Below the pieces are notes generated by a model. That model had not been told where the DNA came from and searched no databases. It saw only the letters and a program-made list of their open reading frames with translations. From Camelus ferus (lineage: Eukaryota): a stretch of 64,000 bases of DNA. Of the stretch, positions 40,601 to 52,007 are shown piece by piece (the stretch's first letter is position 1; every line of letters begins with the position of its first letter). The stretch spans positions 32,612,001 through 32,676,000 of the forward strand of contig NC_045701.1 in NCBI RefSeq assembly GCF_009834535.1, written 5' to 3'. Position numbers and translations under genes: made by a program.

Positions 40601-43385
40601 GATGAAGTGATCACCTCCTCCTTGTTCCCAGCCCCCTACTGTTATTTCTGCGTGATCAGACGAGCTCCAGACTCCTGGAGCAGGTGCTGCTGGTGTCAGA
40701 GCCCCCAAGGCTCCAGAGCCTCTTTGAGGATCACTTCCGAGGACAGCTGCAGACGCTGGCTGCACATCCTATTGCCAACTTCCCTTTGCAGCGTTTACTG
40801 GATGCTATCACCACCCCTGAGCTGGTGAGTTGGGAACTTGGCTGAGTCTGTTTCTGTACTCTGTTGTTGCTGTTAGTTCTTATTCATTGAGATTTGTTTT
40901 ATTGTGTGCCTGCCTCTGTATGTCTGACCGTGTGCTGGCCATTCCCCTTGAGAATTTATTCTTGGGGGTTTCCCAGAGCTTAGGGTGAAGGTGCCTTCTT
41001 CCCAGAGAGGATCTGCTGTGGCTTCTCTCAGGTGTCAGTGCCAGCAGGAGACTGGCTTAATCCCACTTCGCAGCATAAGCATCCATGGCTCGCTCAGTCT
41101 CTGGGTACTTGGCTGCAAATCCATATGAGCACTGGAGCTGTTGTTGTAGCTTCTCTTTTCCGTTGCTGCTTAGCGCCAAGGCATGCTTCCCTGGGGTCTC
41201 CTGGGATGAGAGTTAGAGTGGAGGGGCAGGTTTAATCCTCATCCTCCCTTCTCTCCAGAGTATGGCCATTTACAGTCCCCTCCCCACATGAGGCAGCAGC
41301 TCTCAGACTGCCCCTTTGTTCTGGAACTTCCTTATCCAGCCAAACCAAAGTCCTGGTATTGGCAGTGCTTTTATGTTTGATCTAGCATTTTTAGTTGTTT
41401 TTGACAGGAAGATTTCTCTGAATAAATTAGCCCACTGTTATCAAAACGCCAGATTCTTTATCCTGTTTCTCCTCTCAGCTGTCCCCCGTGTTTGAGGAGC
41501 TAAGCCCTGCCCTGGAAGCTGTGCTGGCCCAGGGTCACTCAGGGGTGGTCATTGCCCTAGTGGGGGCCTGCCGTAGAGTTGGGACCCACCAATCCCAGGT
41601 CCTGCAGCTGTTGTTGGAGGTGAGTGGGGGTTACCTGCAACCCATTTATGCCCTCGGTTCAAATTCTACCTGCTGGAACTTATCTAATCTCTAGTTGTTG
41701 TATCTCTGAACCCAAGAGGTCTCATGTGCAGGGAATTCAGAGATACAGGGGAAGATGAGTCTAAACCATCTCATGGCCCTGGAATAAAAATTGTCTCCCA
41801 GAACAAAGAGAGGAGTTTTTTTAAGGAATAAATGTTTATGCAGCCTTTGTTACATTTATAGAGGTTGGGGATACAGCAAGGCAGATGAGATCCTATCCAC
41901 ATGCAGTTTGCATTCTTGTGGAGTTAGGTGTTCTCATTTCTCCTGAATGCTTTCTTCTGACTGGGAAGTTGGGGTTAGGGATGAAGTAGTTTCAGTTTCA
42001 TCGTGTTCTGTCTTCCCTGCTAGGCATTCCACTGTGCAGAGCCCTCTTCCCGGCAAGTGGCCTGTGTGCCTCTCTTTGCTGCTTTGATGGCGTATGAGGT
42101 GTACTATGGCCTGGCGGAGGAGGAGGGGGCGGTGCCTGCAGAGCACCAGGTGAGGTAGGGGAGAGGCCAAACCTGTGAATAATTGGGGACCAGGCTTCCC
42201 AGGGTTTAGGAAGCCCCTCATCACTGAGATGGGGATGGTGAGATCTCTAGCTTCATCCAAGTTAGGGAGCAGTTTGGTGGCTGCCTCCTAATTCCCTGTC
42301 TCTGTCCTTCTAGGTGGAAATGGCCACAGCCAGGGACCTGGGGGAAGTGACAGTCCTTGGGTCTCTACTGCTCCAGCATTTGCTGCATTTCTCCAGTCCT
42401 GGTCTTATACTTCGAAGTCTGGGTGCCTTGACAGGACCACAGCTTCTGGCTCTGGCGCAGAGCCCTGCTGGTTCCCATGTGGTTGATGCTGTCCTGACCA
42501 GCCCCTCCGTGACGCGCAAGCAGCGCCGCCATGCGCTCAAGACCCTAAAGGTTAGAGTTCTGGCCGCTGCTCGGATTCCTCTTCCATTTAGATTCCTCTG
42601 CCTCCTACATTTAGAGAATGTGAGCTTCCCTCAGGACTGTCCTTCAGAGTCAAAGAGACCATACGTAGTCCCTAGACTGCTTCAGTCAACCTCTAAACTT
42701 CACCCCCCACCCCCGCCCCAACACACTTGTGAACTGCCCTAGAGGGACTTACCTTGCTTGTCTCAATGCAGGGACAGTATGTGGCTCTGGCGTGTAGTCG
42801 CCATGGCAGCCGTGTGCTAGATGCCATCTGGAGTGGAGCAGCCTTGGGGGCCCGGAAGGAAATTGCTGCTGAGCTGGGTGAGTACCAGCACCAATCTGTG
42901 ACCTTTCCATAAGTTCCCTTTTCTCACTCCAAAGAGCTGAGTGGCTGGGGAGTGGACCTAAATTCAGCAGAGACTTCAGTTCCAAAGTGTAGTCTTAGCC
43001 ACGGGTTCTTGGCAGGCTGCTCTCCGCTACCCCTCTGCTGAGTGTACAGCCCCATGTGCCCACCCCTCCTCCTGACTTCTGTTCTCTGGGCAGTTTGGTG
43101 TTAACTCTAGCCTGAAGTAGGCCCAGGGTCCCAGGAAAATGGAGAGACCTTCACCCCAAGTAGAGTCTCTTCAAGCTTGGGTGTGTGACTACATGGTGAC
43201 ACTGAACATGAATGTTTCCCTTTGCAGGGGAGCGGAACCAGGAGCTGATAAGAGATACTTTTGGCCACCATGTGGCTCGAAATGTGGCCCTGACTACCTT
43301 CCTGAAGCGGCGAGAGGCTTGGGAACAGCAGCAGGGTGCGGTGGCCAAGCGGAGACGGGCCTTGAACTCAGTACTTGAAGACTGA
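37631..43385 (+). CDS. NOP9: NOP9 nucleolar protein (PUF-repeat 18S rRNA maturation factor), 636 aa
   Basis: Exons: 37631-37877, 38085-38534, 39478-39588, 39801-39942, 40632-40824, 41479-41619, 42024-42149, 42314-42550, 42772-42877, 43228-43385. Sum is 1911 nt and all introns are GT-AG. Starts MGLGPRSPHQAGRRFPAGGKRGRG, has a poly-Glu tract, ends KRRRALNSVLED. Confidence 0.97.
39305..39435 (-). mobile_element. Short L1 3' end fragment in NOP9 intron 2
   Basis: 'ttgaagtgtagttggtttacaatgttgtgttaatttctggtgtac' is a typical reverse-complemented L1 3'UTR. Confidence 0.7.
40085..40590 (-). mobile_element. L1 3'UTR fragment in NOP9 intron 4
   Basis: 'ttttattgagatatgcttgacatatggcactatataagttt...gtgatgagaactcttaggatttactctt' is L1 3'UTR-like. 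Confidence 0.75.
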
Positions 43386-43497
43386 GACCCTGGATCAGAC
43401 TGGGTGTTGAGGGAGGGGGAAAGGAAGTATCTATATCATGACCTATTACTAGTTTAAATTGGAGTCAAAAGTCTTACTGATAAAACATTTTTGTATT

Positions 43498-43523
43498 TTT
43501 ATTGGAAACACTTTTGTTTTATT
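43498..43523 (-). terminator. Two tandem CIDEB polyadenylation signals (AATAAA)
   Basis: TTTATT at 43498-43503 and at 43518-43523. Confidence 0.7.
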
Positions 43524-43901
43524 TGCGGGGAGGGATACAAAGAAATAGAGATGTTGAGATAAAGTTAGAGAGGGCTGTTTTCAGGGCATGGAGAACTTAG
43601 GGACAGGAGGAGTTGTAAGGATCTCTACATGTAGCAGCAATCAGGGTGGGATCCAGATGCCTGGGGACAGGCTGTGGCCTTAAGAGTAAGTGGGAGGCTG
43701 GAAAGATGGCTAGGAAGAGAGCGTTCTTCAGGAATGGGCATAGGCCAGCGGTGTAGGGCATTATGCGGATGGGGCCTTTCATGATGGGGTCAGAGGACAG
43801 TGGGGAAATCAGGTGAGTTATCGGGTCTGCACTGTCTGCAGGCCCCCAAACCTGATGCTGTTTCTTGGAATGAGTCTAGGGCAGAAGCTCAGAGCTCCTT
43901 C

Positions 43902-46124
43902 TCAGTAGGGATGGAGGCGACCTTGCCGCTGCCACTGCTCAGCCCCTTCCACTGCATGGCGAAGGGTGGAGGAGAGTCCCAGCAGCACGTGGCCCAGGCC
44001 TTGCAGCAGTGCAGAGGCCCATCGGAGAAGCTCCCTGAAGGGCAGAGACAAGAAGTCGGATGGGTGGGGGCACCTGGGAGGAGGCCAGAGGTGGGCTGAG
44101 TTTTCCACAAGGGAGAGCGAACAGGGTAGGGGCGTGCAGAAGGAATTACGGAAACTGCAGCTGTAGGGGTGGGGAAGTGTGACGTGTTTGTCTCTGACCT
44201 GAGTATTTTCTTTGGGCCGAGTCCTTGGATGTCACAACTCATGGAGTAGAGCCCATAGAATGTGGCTTTGATGTTGAGGCTGCCAAAGAGGTCTCGAGGG
44301 TTTTGCTTGTACACGTCGAAGGTGATGCGCGCGATGTCCTTGCTGTGCCTGGGCTTCTCCCGGCCCAGGCCGTACAACTGCATCCCACTCTGTAGGGCGC
44401 CCCCATCAGTGCAGTGGACTCTCACGTGCTGACATCCACCACTAATCCCCATCAGCACTGGGACAGACCCACCCTTCCCCGGACTGTCCACGATACAGAA
44501 TCCTCGACAATTCCTCACCTCTCCCATTGCCTCTGCCCCCAAGATCAGGGTTAGGCAAGAGAAGAGGCTTGGGAAAGATACAAAGGATCCATGGCCTATA
44601 GCAGTCCCAGTGTGGGTCTCACCCTGCTGGGGCTCCAGTTCTGTCCCAACTCCAGCACCATCAGGCATGTGTCATCCTCCAGCAGCTGGAAGAAGTCCTC
44701 GCTCTCCACGGCTGTGCCATCCTCCTCTAGCACCAGTGTCAGCACTCCACTCAGCAGCAGAGCCTCCAAGGCCTGCCCAGTGGCAAGAAGCAGGAGGGAA
44801 GGGGCAAAGCTTACCTCACGGCTTGTCCCTATGCAGCTGCCCAGCACCCAACCGTTGGCCCTCGACGCTGGTTGATCTCCCAACTCTACTTCCTGGTGCT
44901 TTGTCATCTCTTCAAATGGCTCCAGCTCACAACATTCTTTAGTTGTTGGGGCTAGGGGCTGTCCTTTTCCTGCTTTGCTCCGACCATATCACTGTCATCT
45001 CTCCCAGCCTCCTTCCAAGCCATGCCTGCTGGCTGGGAATTGAAAAGCCAGCCAGGTTCTCTTGAATGGATGTAGACACTATGTTGATGGGGGCCTGTCG
45101 ATAGGGTCTTATCTCCAATGTCCTACCTCACTCTCTCCCGCCCTCTCAGCATTCTCCAGAGCTGTTTTCAGTAATAATTAATGACTTGTAACCTTTTTTG
45201 AGTCTTTACTCGAGTCAAGTATCTTTGTAGCACTTTACATACATTATCCATGTTTATCCCTTCCAACAGCCCTAGGAGGTAGCTGTCTTATTGTTCTCTT
45301 TTTCCCGGTGAAGAAACTGAAGTATTAATAGGCTGAATAACTTTCCAAGTTTTGACACTAGGAAGCAGCAGAATCAGGACTTGAATTTGATCTGTCATAC
45401 AAATTGCTATTCCATACTGAGTTCTGAATTCTATGCTTTCAACCCTATCTACTCCTTCCCCACCCCTGGAGAAAAGCCTGCTCTTTGAAAAAAAAGTGAA
45501 TTGACCCAAATGCAGCGGAAGTCATGGGGCTCACCCCGCTGCTCTCAGTCCTGAGGAAGTGGCAGCCCTGTAAACTCTGCCCTTTCTGGTCACCATTCTG
45601 AGGTCTCACTCTTCACTAGCTCCTTGGCTGCCCCTCAGTTGGAACCCAGGGACTTGGCTCACTCGCCTTGTCTAGCAGTTCCTGGCGGGTGGCGGCTGTC
45701 AGGCCTTTCCGGGTGCTCCTCTTGTGATCACAGACGCGGAAAGGTCGCTGGGGTGGTGAAGCTGAGGTCCAGACCTTACGGCCAAAATCTGAGCTCATAT
45801 TGGATACCGACCTGGTAGGTGGGAAGAAAGATCAAGGAGTGAGGGTCTTGGTGAATGCAATGGGGATGATGGGGGTGGCGTGGCTGGAGAATTAGGGAGG
45901 TTGGGAGGGAGGGATCTAGGTTTGCAGATCAGAGTAGCCTAGGGATAGAGGGAGAGACCATGGAGTAGGGATGGGGTGGTGGTTTAGGAGCTGGACAAGC
46001 CCAGTGTGGAAAGTGGGGACGGGGAGGGTGTGCCTTGCCCACATCCCCAGAGTTGGAGTGTGGACAGAAGGGTTAGAAATCACCTGAGCAGGCTGCTGGG
46101 GTTCAGGGCAGAGAGGTAGTCCAT
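43902..46124 (-). CDS. CIDEB: Cell death-inducing DFFA-like effector B (lipid droplet protein), 219 aa
   Basis: Exons: 46124-46084, 45811-45667, 44772-44623, 44389-44199, 44034-43902. Sum is 660 nt. CIDE-N (RPFRVCDHKR, LVLEEDGTAVESEDFFQLLEDDT) and CIDE-C (ARITFDVYKQNPRDLFGSLN) motifs are present. The intron after the second coding exon is GC-AG. Confidence 0.96.
45180..45430. mobile_element. MIR remnant in a CIDEB intron
   Basis: 'agcactttacatacattatcc...tgaagaaactgaag...ccaag' is MIR-like. Confidence 0.6.
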
Positions 46125-46299
46125 GGTGGAGGGAAGGAGTAGGAGAGTTGCCTCTCCCGGGAGTTCTGGGCTGGGTGGTTCTCTGTTGTGTTGGAGCTGA
46201 AGTGGTGGTGTTTTCTGTTACAGAGCTGAGATCTCAGCCCCAGTGAGGTGGGGGATGAGTCAAGCCTGGACTCTGGCCCCCCTGCCTGGCCAGTAAGAA

Positions 46300-46311
46300 G
46301 GGCAAAGTCCA
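46300..46311 (+). promoter_or_regulatory. HNF4A site GGGCAAAGTCCA in the proximal CIDEB promoter
   Basis: Canonical CAAAGTCCA HNF4 motif about 180 nt upstream of the CIDEB ATG. HNF4A control of the internal CIDEB promoter is established in human liver cells. Confidence 0.65.
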
Positions 46312-48688
46312 AGGGGAGGGAGGAAGGGAGGGGCCTAGACAGGGTCACCAAAGAAGGATCAAGGCCCAGAGGTGCCTGGCAAAAGCCATGGAAGTTTGTG
46401 TGTGTGCGTGTCTCTGGTGGTGGCGTGTGATGTGAGGGTAAATGATCTATGTAAGAGGATGGAATGTGGTCGCTGGTGTTTTTCTTTATATGGAGGGAAT
46501 TTCTAGGGCCGGTTTCTGGCTCCCAATCTGGAAGATGCAGCATTATGTGTGATTTGCTCTTTATGTGCTGCCACCTATTGAAAAAGCCATGAACTGCAGC
46601 TTTATGGAAAGGCAGGCGTTGCTGAGGATGGGCAGGGCTTGAAGAAAATAGGAGGTGGGGTGGTGTGCCTGGGTGGGGTGCGAGGGGAGGATGGGTCCTG
46701 ATCCATGCATATGGGGTCACCAAGATCCTGTCTGGGACCCTGGCCTTCTGCTTTTCTGCTCTTCCCTCTGTGGTCTACGGGAGGGGCTGGCTCAACATTT
46801 CTCTGCTTTCATTCTCTAGAACTGCCTGCTTCAGCCACACTGGATTAGTCACTCTCTCACATTTCTCCTTTGGCCACTTAATAGGCATGAAGGAGATGTG
46901 AAAGGGGAAGTGGGGGGTGCATCCCTTGATGGCATCAGGACTTTTGCTTTTGGGGCCCCGTGTCCTATCTCTGACTTCAGCCACAGTTGTGATGTACAGT
47001 TGTGTGGAAGCTCAGACTCTCATTGACAGTGAAGCCCTCACATGAGCACAAGTCTTTGTGCTTTCCTGCCTAGGAGTCTGATCTGAAGCTGTGGCAGCCC
47101 ACTCAGCCCCCTGACAAGTACAAGCTGCAGGTGTGTATAAGGGCATTCATGCCTCTAGGACAACTCCAACAATGGGGAATGTGAGCTGGGTGTAAGCGCC
47201 CCGGTCTTCTGTCTTTCTGGAAGGTATTCTCTGCACTCAGAGGTTCCTGAGGCCCATGGAAGAAGTTCAGCAACACACTTTTATTGGCTTTCTTCTTCCC
47301 TCTCTTCCCCTGCTTCCTGAGCTGACCTCCCCAATACAGGATTACCTGTACCCACACTCTCAACTCAGGTTCTGCTTTGGAGGAAATCCAACAATAATGG
47401 AGACAATAATGGTGTCCTGGCTCCCAAGGAGCCCCCTTCTGACTGTTGACAGGGCAGGAGCCTTTTTCCCCCTCCCTCAATTTTATCCATCTACCAAATT
47501 TCTTTATTTTCAAGCTTTGCCAGACCTCTACACCCAGAGAAGGCTGCTTTTCAGCCTGTCTCTACACTGCACCCTCTCTTTTGTCCTTGCCTTCCTGCCG
47601 CAGCCCAGGAGTGAGGCCCCTTCATGATTGTGTGTTGGGACTACTCAACCAGGTTATAAACCCCCGACACCTTTTTACACTCCGCCCCCATCCCCATCAG
47701 AACCTAGCACCATGCTGCACACTAAAAGCTGTCATGAGTATAAAATGACTGGGGCAGGGCCCAAGGCAAGAGGTGAGATGGATAGGTAGGAAGTTGAGGA
47801 AAAAGGGGGCTCAGCAGGGTCAAGAGTCTGAAAACAGGCTCTGATAGAGCAGTTGGGGGGAGTGAGCAGTTGGGTCACCTTCTCTGCTAAGTGCAGGCCA
47901 AGCAGCCAGAGAGCATGAGGGCTATAGGGTGGGAGGAGTAGGACCAGAGTGGGAGCAGGAATGAGTGCAGAAACAGGACCCAGGGGCAGCATCCAGCAGT
48001 GTCCCTTCTCACCCACATGACCAGGGAAACTTACCTGCACCCCTTCAGCTAATTCTGTTTCCTGGGGAGGCAGGCTTTCACACGCCTGAACATGTTAATG
48101 ATGGGAAGGAGCTGGGTGAGGGAGGCGCCCCAGGAAAGGCCCGAGAGGAGCCCCACCTTGTTCCTCCCCATTCTCGCCTCACTTGCTGCCAACCTCATAG
48201 GCACAGGACAGGAACAAGCACCTTGCCCACGGCCGCTTTGCCTTTCAGCTTCCCCGGGCTCCTCGGGGGCCCCCAACCCTGCTAGCTCCCAGCTGGGTAA
48301 GTAGATCTGCCCATGAGACTTTATTCCCCTCCACTCACTTTTGCCCTGAGGTATAAAGAACGGGGCTGGACAAAGAGGGAGAGGCCCGGCTAGAAGGGTG
48401 GAGGTGGAAGTAGTGACAGCCTGGGAGTCAAGACTAGGGAAGTCGGCTGACTGAGAGCAGGGGATTTGGGTTCCAAGAAGAAGTAGTGTTTGAGTTGATG
48501 CTGGGGTCCTCCAGGAAGAGACAGAAGCTCCTGGACAGGAGAGAGGCAGGCTGCAGAGAAGTGGGGGAGGCACAGTGCCTTCTCACCTGGCATCAGAAGT
48601 CAAGAGGGCTTTTTTGCTCCACCACCTGAATGCGCTCTATGGCCCTTTTCAGCCATCCCCCGTCCCCGCCCCCCGGAGGCGCAGAAGG

Positions 48689-49753
48689 ATGTCGCTCTGC
48701 TACCGTCCCCCAGGGAATGAGACGCTGCTGAGCTCGAAGACTTCGAGGGCCACAGGCGCTGCCTTCCTGCTGCTGGCGGCGCTTCTGGGGCTGCCGGGCA
48801 ATGGCTTCGTCGTGTGGAGCTTGGCGGGCTGGCGGCCGGCCGGGGGGCGACCGCTGGCGGCCACGCTCGTGCTGCATCTGGCGCTGGCCGACGGCTTGGT
48901 GCTGCTGCTCACGCCGCTCTTCGTGGCCTTCCTGACCGGGAAGGCCTGGCCGCTGGGCCAGGCGGGCTGCAAGGCGGTGTACTACGTGTGCACACTCAGC
49001 ATGTACGCCAGCGTGCTGCTCACCAGCCTGCTCAGCCTGCAGCGCTGCCTCGCCGTCACCCGCCCCTTCCTGGCACCCCGGCTGCGCAGCCCCGCCCTGG
49101 CCCGCCGCCTGCTGCTGGCCGTCTGGCTGGCAGCTCTGGTGCTCGCCAGCCCGGTCGCTGTCTACCGCCACCTCTGGGCGGACCGTGTGTGCCAGCTGTG
49201 CCACCCATCGCGCGCCCACGCCGCCGCCCACCTGAGCCTGGAGACCCTGACCGCCTTCGTGTTTCCCTTTGGGCTGGTGCTCGGCTGCTACGGCGTGACG
49301 CTGGCGCGGCTGCGGGGCGCCCGCTGGGGCGCCAGGCGGCACAGGACGCAGGTGGGCCGGCTGGTGGGCGCCATCGTGCTGGCCTTCGGCTTGCTCTGGG
49401 CCCCCTACCACGCCGTCAACGTCCTGCAGGTGCTCGCCGCTCTGGCTCCGCCCGAAGGGGCCTTGGCGAGGCTCGGCGGGGCGGGCCAGGCGGCGCGAGC
49501 TGGAACTACGGCTTTGGCCTTCTTCAGCTCCAGCGTCAACCCAGTGCTCTACGTCTTCACCGCCCGCGATTTGCTGCCCCGCGCGGGTCCCCGCTTCCTC
49601 ATGCGGCTCTTTGAGGGCTCTGGAGAGGCCCGAGGGGGCGGCCTCTCTAGAGAGGGGACCATGGAGCTGCGAGCTACCACTCGGCTCAAAGTGGCGGGTC
49701 AGGGCCGCGGCAATGGAGACCCCGGGGGCGGGGCGAAGGACAGTCAGGGATGA
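48689..49753 (+). CDS. LTB4R2: Leukotriene B4 / 12-HHT receptor 2 (BLT2), intronless CDS, 354 aa
   Basis: Starts MSLCYRPPGNETLLS; 7TM GPCR with GLPGN, LALAD, QRC (DRY position), WAPYH and NPVLY motifs. The CDS is a CpG island. Confidence 0.97.
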   Translation: MSLCYRPPGNETLLSSKTSRATGAAFLLLAALLGLPGNGFVVWSLAGWRPAGGRPLAATLVLHLALADGLVLLLTPLFVAFLTGKAWPLGQAGCKAVYYVCTLSMYASVLLTSLLSLQRCLAVTRPFLAPRLRSPALARRLLLAVWLAALVLASPVAVYRHLWADRVCQLCHPSRAHAAAHLSLETLTAFVFPFGLVLGCYGVTLARLRGARWGARRHRTQVGRLVGAIVLAFGLLWAPYHAVNVLQVLAALAPPEGALARLGGAGQAARAGTTALAFFSSSVNPVLYVFTARDLLPRAGPRFLMRLFEGSGEARGGGLSREGTMELRATTRLKVAGQGRGNGDPGGGAKDSQG

Positions 49754-51214
49754 GACCCTTGACATCAAACCCTGCAACCGGGCATGCTCTTCCCTATCCC
49801 CTTCCATCGCCCCCCAGAACTCAGGGAACCCCTCTGGAGGGTTTGGGGATCCTTCTCTGACCAGTTTGGCTCTGGCTGGGCAGAATTATTATATATCTGG
49901 GGCAGGCCCAAGTTCCTCCAGACTGAGGGATTGTGATGGTCTGGTCCGTGTTAAAGAATATCATGTACTTGCAAGTTGGTATGTGCCCAGGTGCCAAAGC
50001 TGTTTATTTGTTGCCAATAGCTATTGTGAAATACACTGGGCAGCCAATACATGATGGCTGAAGGATGCTCCCCCTAGTGGCTCACCACACCTGAGTTGTA
50101 CTGAGGCCATCTGTTTCCCTGCTGGGCCAGGCCAAGGCTGGGCAATGCCAGCTTTCAGTGGCATTTTGACCTGTCCTCTGCAGCCCAGGTGGCCTGGTTC
50201 CCCCAAGCTAACCCACAGAAACACTCTGGAAATAACGAGGGAAAGAGGAAGGAAAGGTATGGGTGCTTGGATGAGGTGTGGTGATAGGGTCCATTCTCTA
50301 GGGACTGTAAAAGCCGAGTCGGGGGAACTGGCTCTGGAAGGAGAAAGCCAACTGTGGGGTTTGAAAGGAAAGTTTTCCTGTCTGCCTAGTGGTTGGTACT
50401 GGGTGGGGAGTGGGGAGGGACCCTGGGAGTCTGAGACATAGCCTCTGAATCCAACTCTCCTCCCAAATGTCGCCTGACTCAAAAAGGAGCCCAGGAGCAG
50501 GCACTCACTTACCCAGGGGGCATCTGGAGTTGGAGATGAGGAGGATGGGGGATGGTGTGGATATCTGGAGGACAGGCAGGATTTTTCAGGGAGAGGACAT
50601 CTCTCCTTCCTCCCCCTCTTCTCTCAGCCAATTCTTGACTCCTCCCAAGACTGCTAACTGTTCTTCACTTCCTCCAATACTGCTCAGCCCCCATCTTTTG
50701 GAATCTCTCTGTTTCTAAGTCTTGAGACTGTTCTGGATCCTGACATTCTTGTGTTTGGGGATGTAGGATGGGGTCCTTTTTCAGGGCATGTCCATGGGCA
50801 CACACATGTGGTCACTAGGGTGACCAATTCATCCCCATTTGTGTCAGACTTTCCCTGTTTTAGCAATGCAAGTTTCCTGTCCCAGCCCCCTCAGTCCCAG
50901 GCAAACTTAGACGGTTGGCCATCACCCCAGGTTCTGGGGTGGAGCTCTGGACTTCGGGGGCAGAAAGTATGCTTAGAATGTCTAGTCTGAGGTGGAGGAG
51001 GAAAGGCCACTGAGAGGGATGGAGGTGGGGAGCAGCCTGGGAGAGGAGGCAGAGACAACCCAGTTCCTATTAGAAGGGGCCTCTGGTTGACCCTGGGGCT
51101 CTAAGCCCGTAGCTTTGATTCCCAAACACTGACTCAGGAGCCACTTCCTATCCTCACGCACCGGGGCAGAGGCTCCATGACTTCTATTACGTAGTCCCCA
51201 TCTCACACACCCTC

Positions 51215-51373
51215 TGCGGTCAGAAAGCCCTTCCTCATCTCTGCCTTCAGTTCTTACTGCGGTTTCAGCCCTTTTTGTTTGTTTGGTTTTTGTTATATCC
51301 TTTGCCTGAGAGCTGCTGGGTCAACTCTGCTCTGCCTTTTTTCAAAGCAGGGAAAGTGGAGTTACTGCAAAGG
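51215..51373 (+). promoter_or_regulatory. Candidate LTB4R myeloid enhancer or upstream exon: two RUNX motifs and a donor at 51373/51374
   Basis: TGCGGT at 51215-51220, TGCGGTT at 51258-51264, donor AGG|GTAAGG. Confidence 0.4.
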
Positions 51374-51823
51374 GTAAGGGACCTCAATGACCACGATTAC
51401 ACTCTGTGTCTTTGCTGCGAAGTGGCATTGTTGGAAGGGAAGCAAGAAGGCAAATGGTCACAGTGAAGGAAAGACTTTTCAGTTCTTAGCTTCTATAGGA
51501 AAGTTCAAGAAGAGGAGACTGCCCTCCTTCCAGGGAGAGGGGAGAGTGAGACTTCTGGAGGCTGTTTCCCTTTCCACATTCCTGGTTTCCCTCTTGGAAG
51601 GGCAGGCATAAGGTATCACTGCCCCCTCTCCCTCACACCTGCTCCCTCTGCTCAGCCTCTGCTTTCTCTGTGTGTCTAAGGTGGGACTGAACTGTGGGAA
51701 GGTAGGAAAGAGGTGGTGATGACCTCTGGACCCGATGCCCAGATTTTACATCCAAATTAACATGGCAGGGTAGCCACATGTGCAAGTGCAAGGCAAGTGG
51801 TTGGGGAAGGAGACGAAATTGTC

Positions 51824-51917
51824 TTTTCTTTTTTTTCAGTGGAGGTACTAGGGATTGAAACCAGGACCTTGTGCATGCTGAGCACGCACTCTACCACTAA
51901 GCTATACTCTGTCCCCC
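51824..51917 (-). mobile_element. vic-1-like SINE, short form
   Basis: tRNA-like head, T-rich tail on the + strand, TSD GA(A/G)ATTGTC at 51815-51823 and 51918-51926. Confidence 0.85.
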
Positions 51918-52007
51918 GAGATTGTCATTCTGTGTGATAACAGAGAGACCCTTTGGGCTTTGGCATCTGCCAAGTAGAAGGGAGATGGACCTAGAATGGA
52001 ACCAGTC

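Noticed and set aside
48593-49807. 404-aa antisense ORF spanning LTB4R2 (and a 272-aa one at 54549-55367 over LTB4R)
   Set aside because: Both are in exact codon register with the sense CDS. Antisense stops there need sense TTA, CTA or TCA codons, which are rare in GC3-rich genes, so these are expected shadow ORFs. No recognisable domain.
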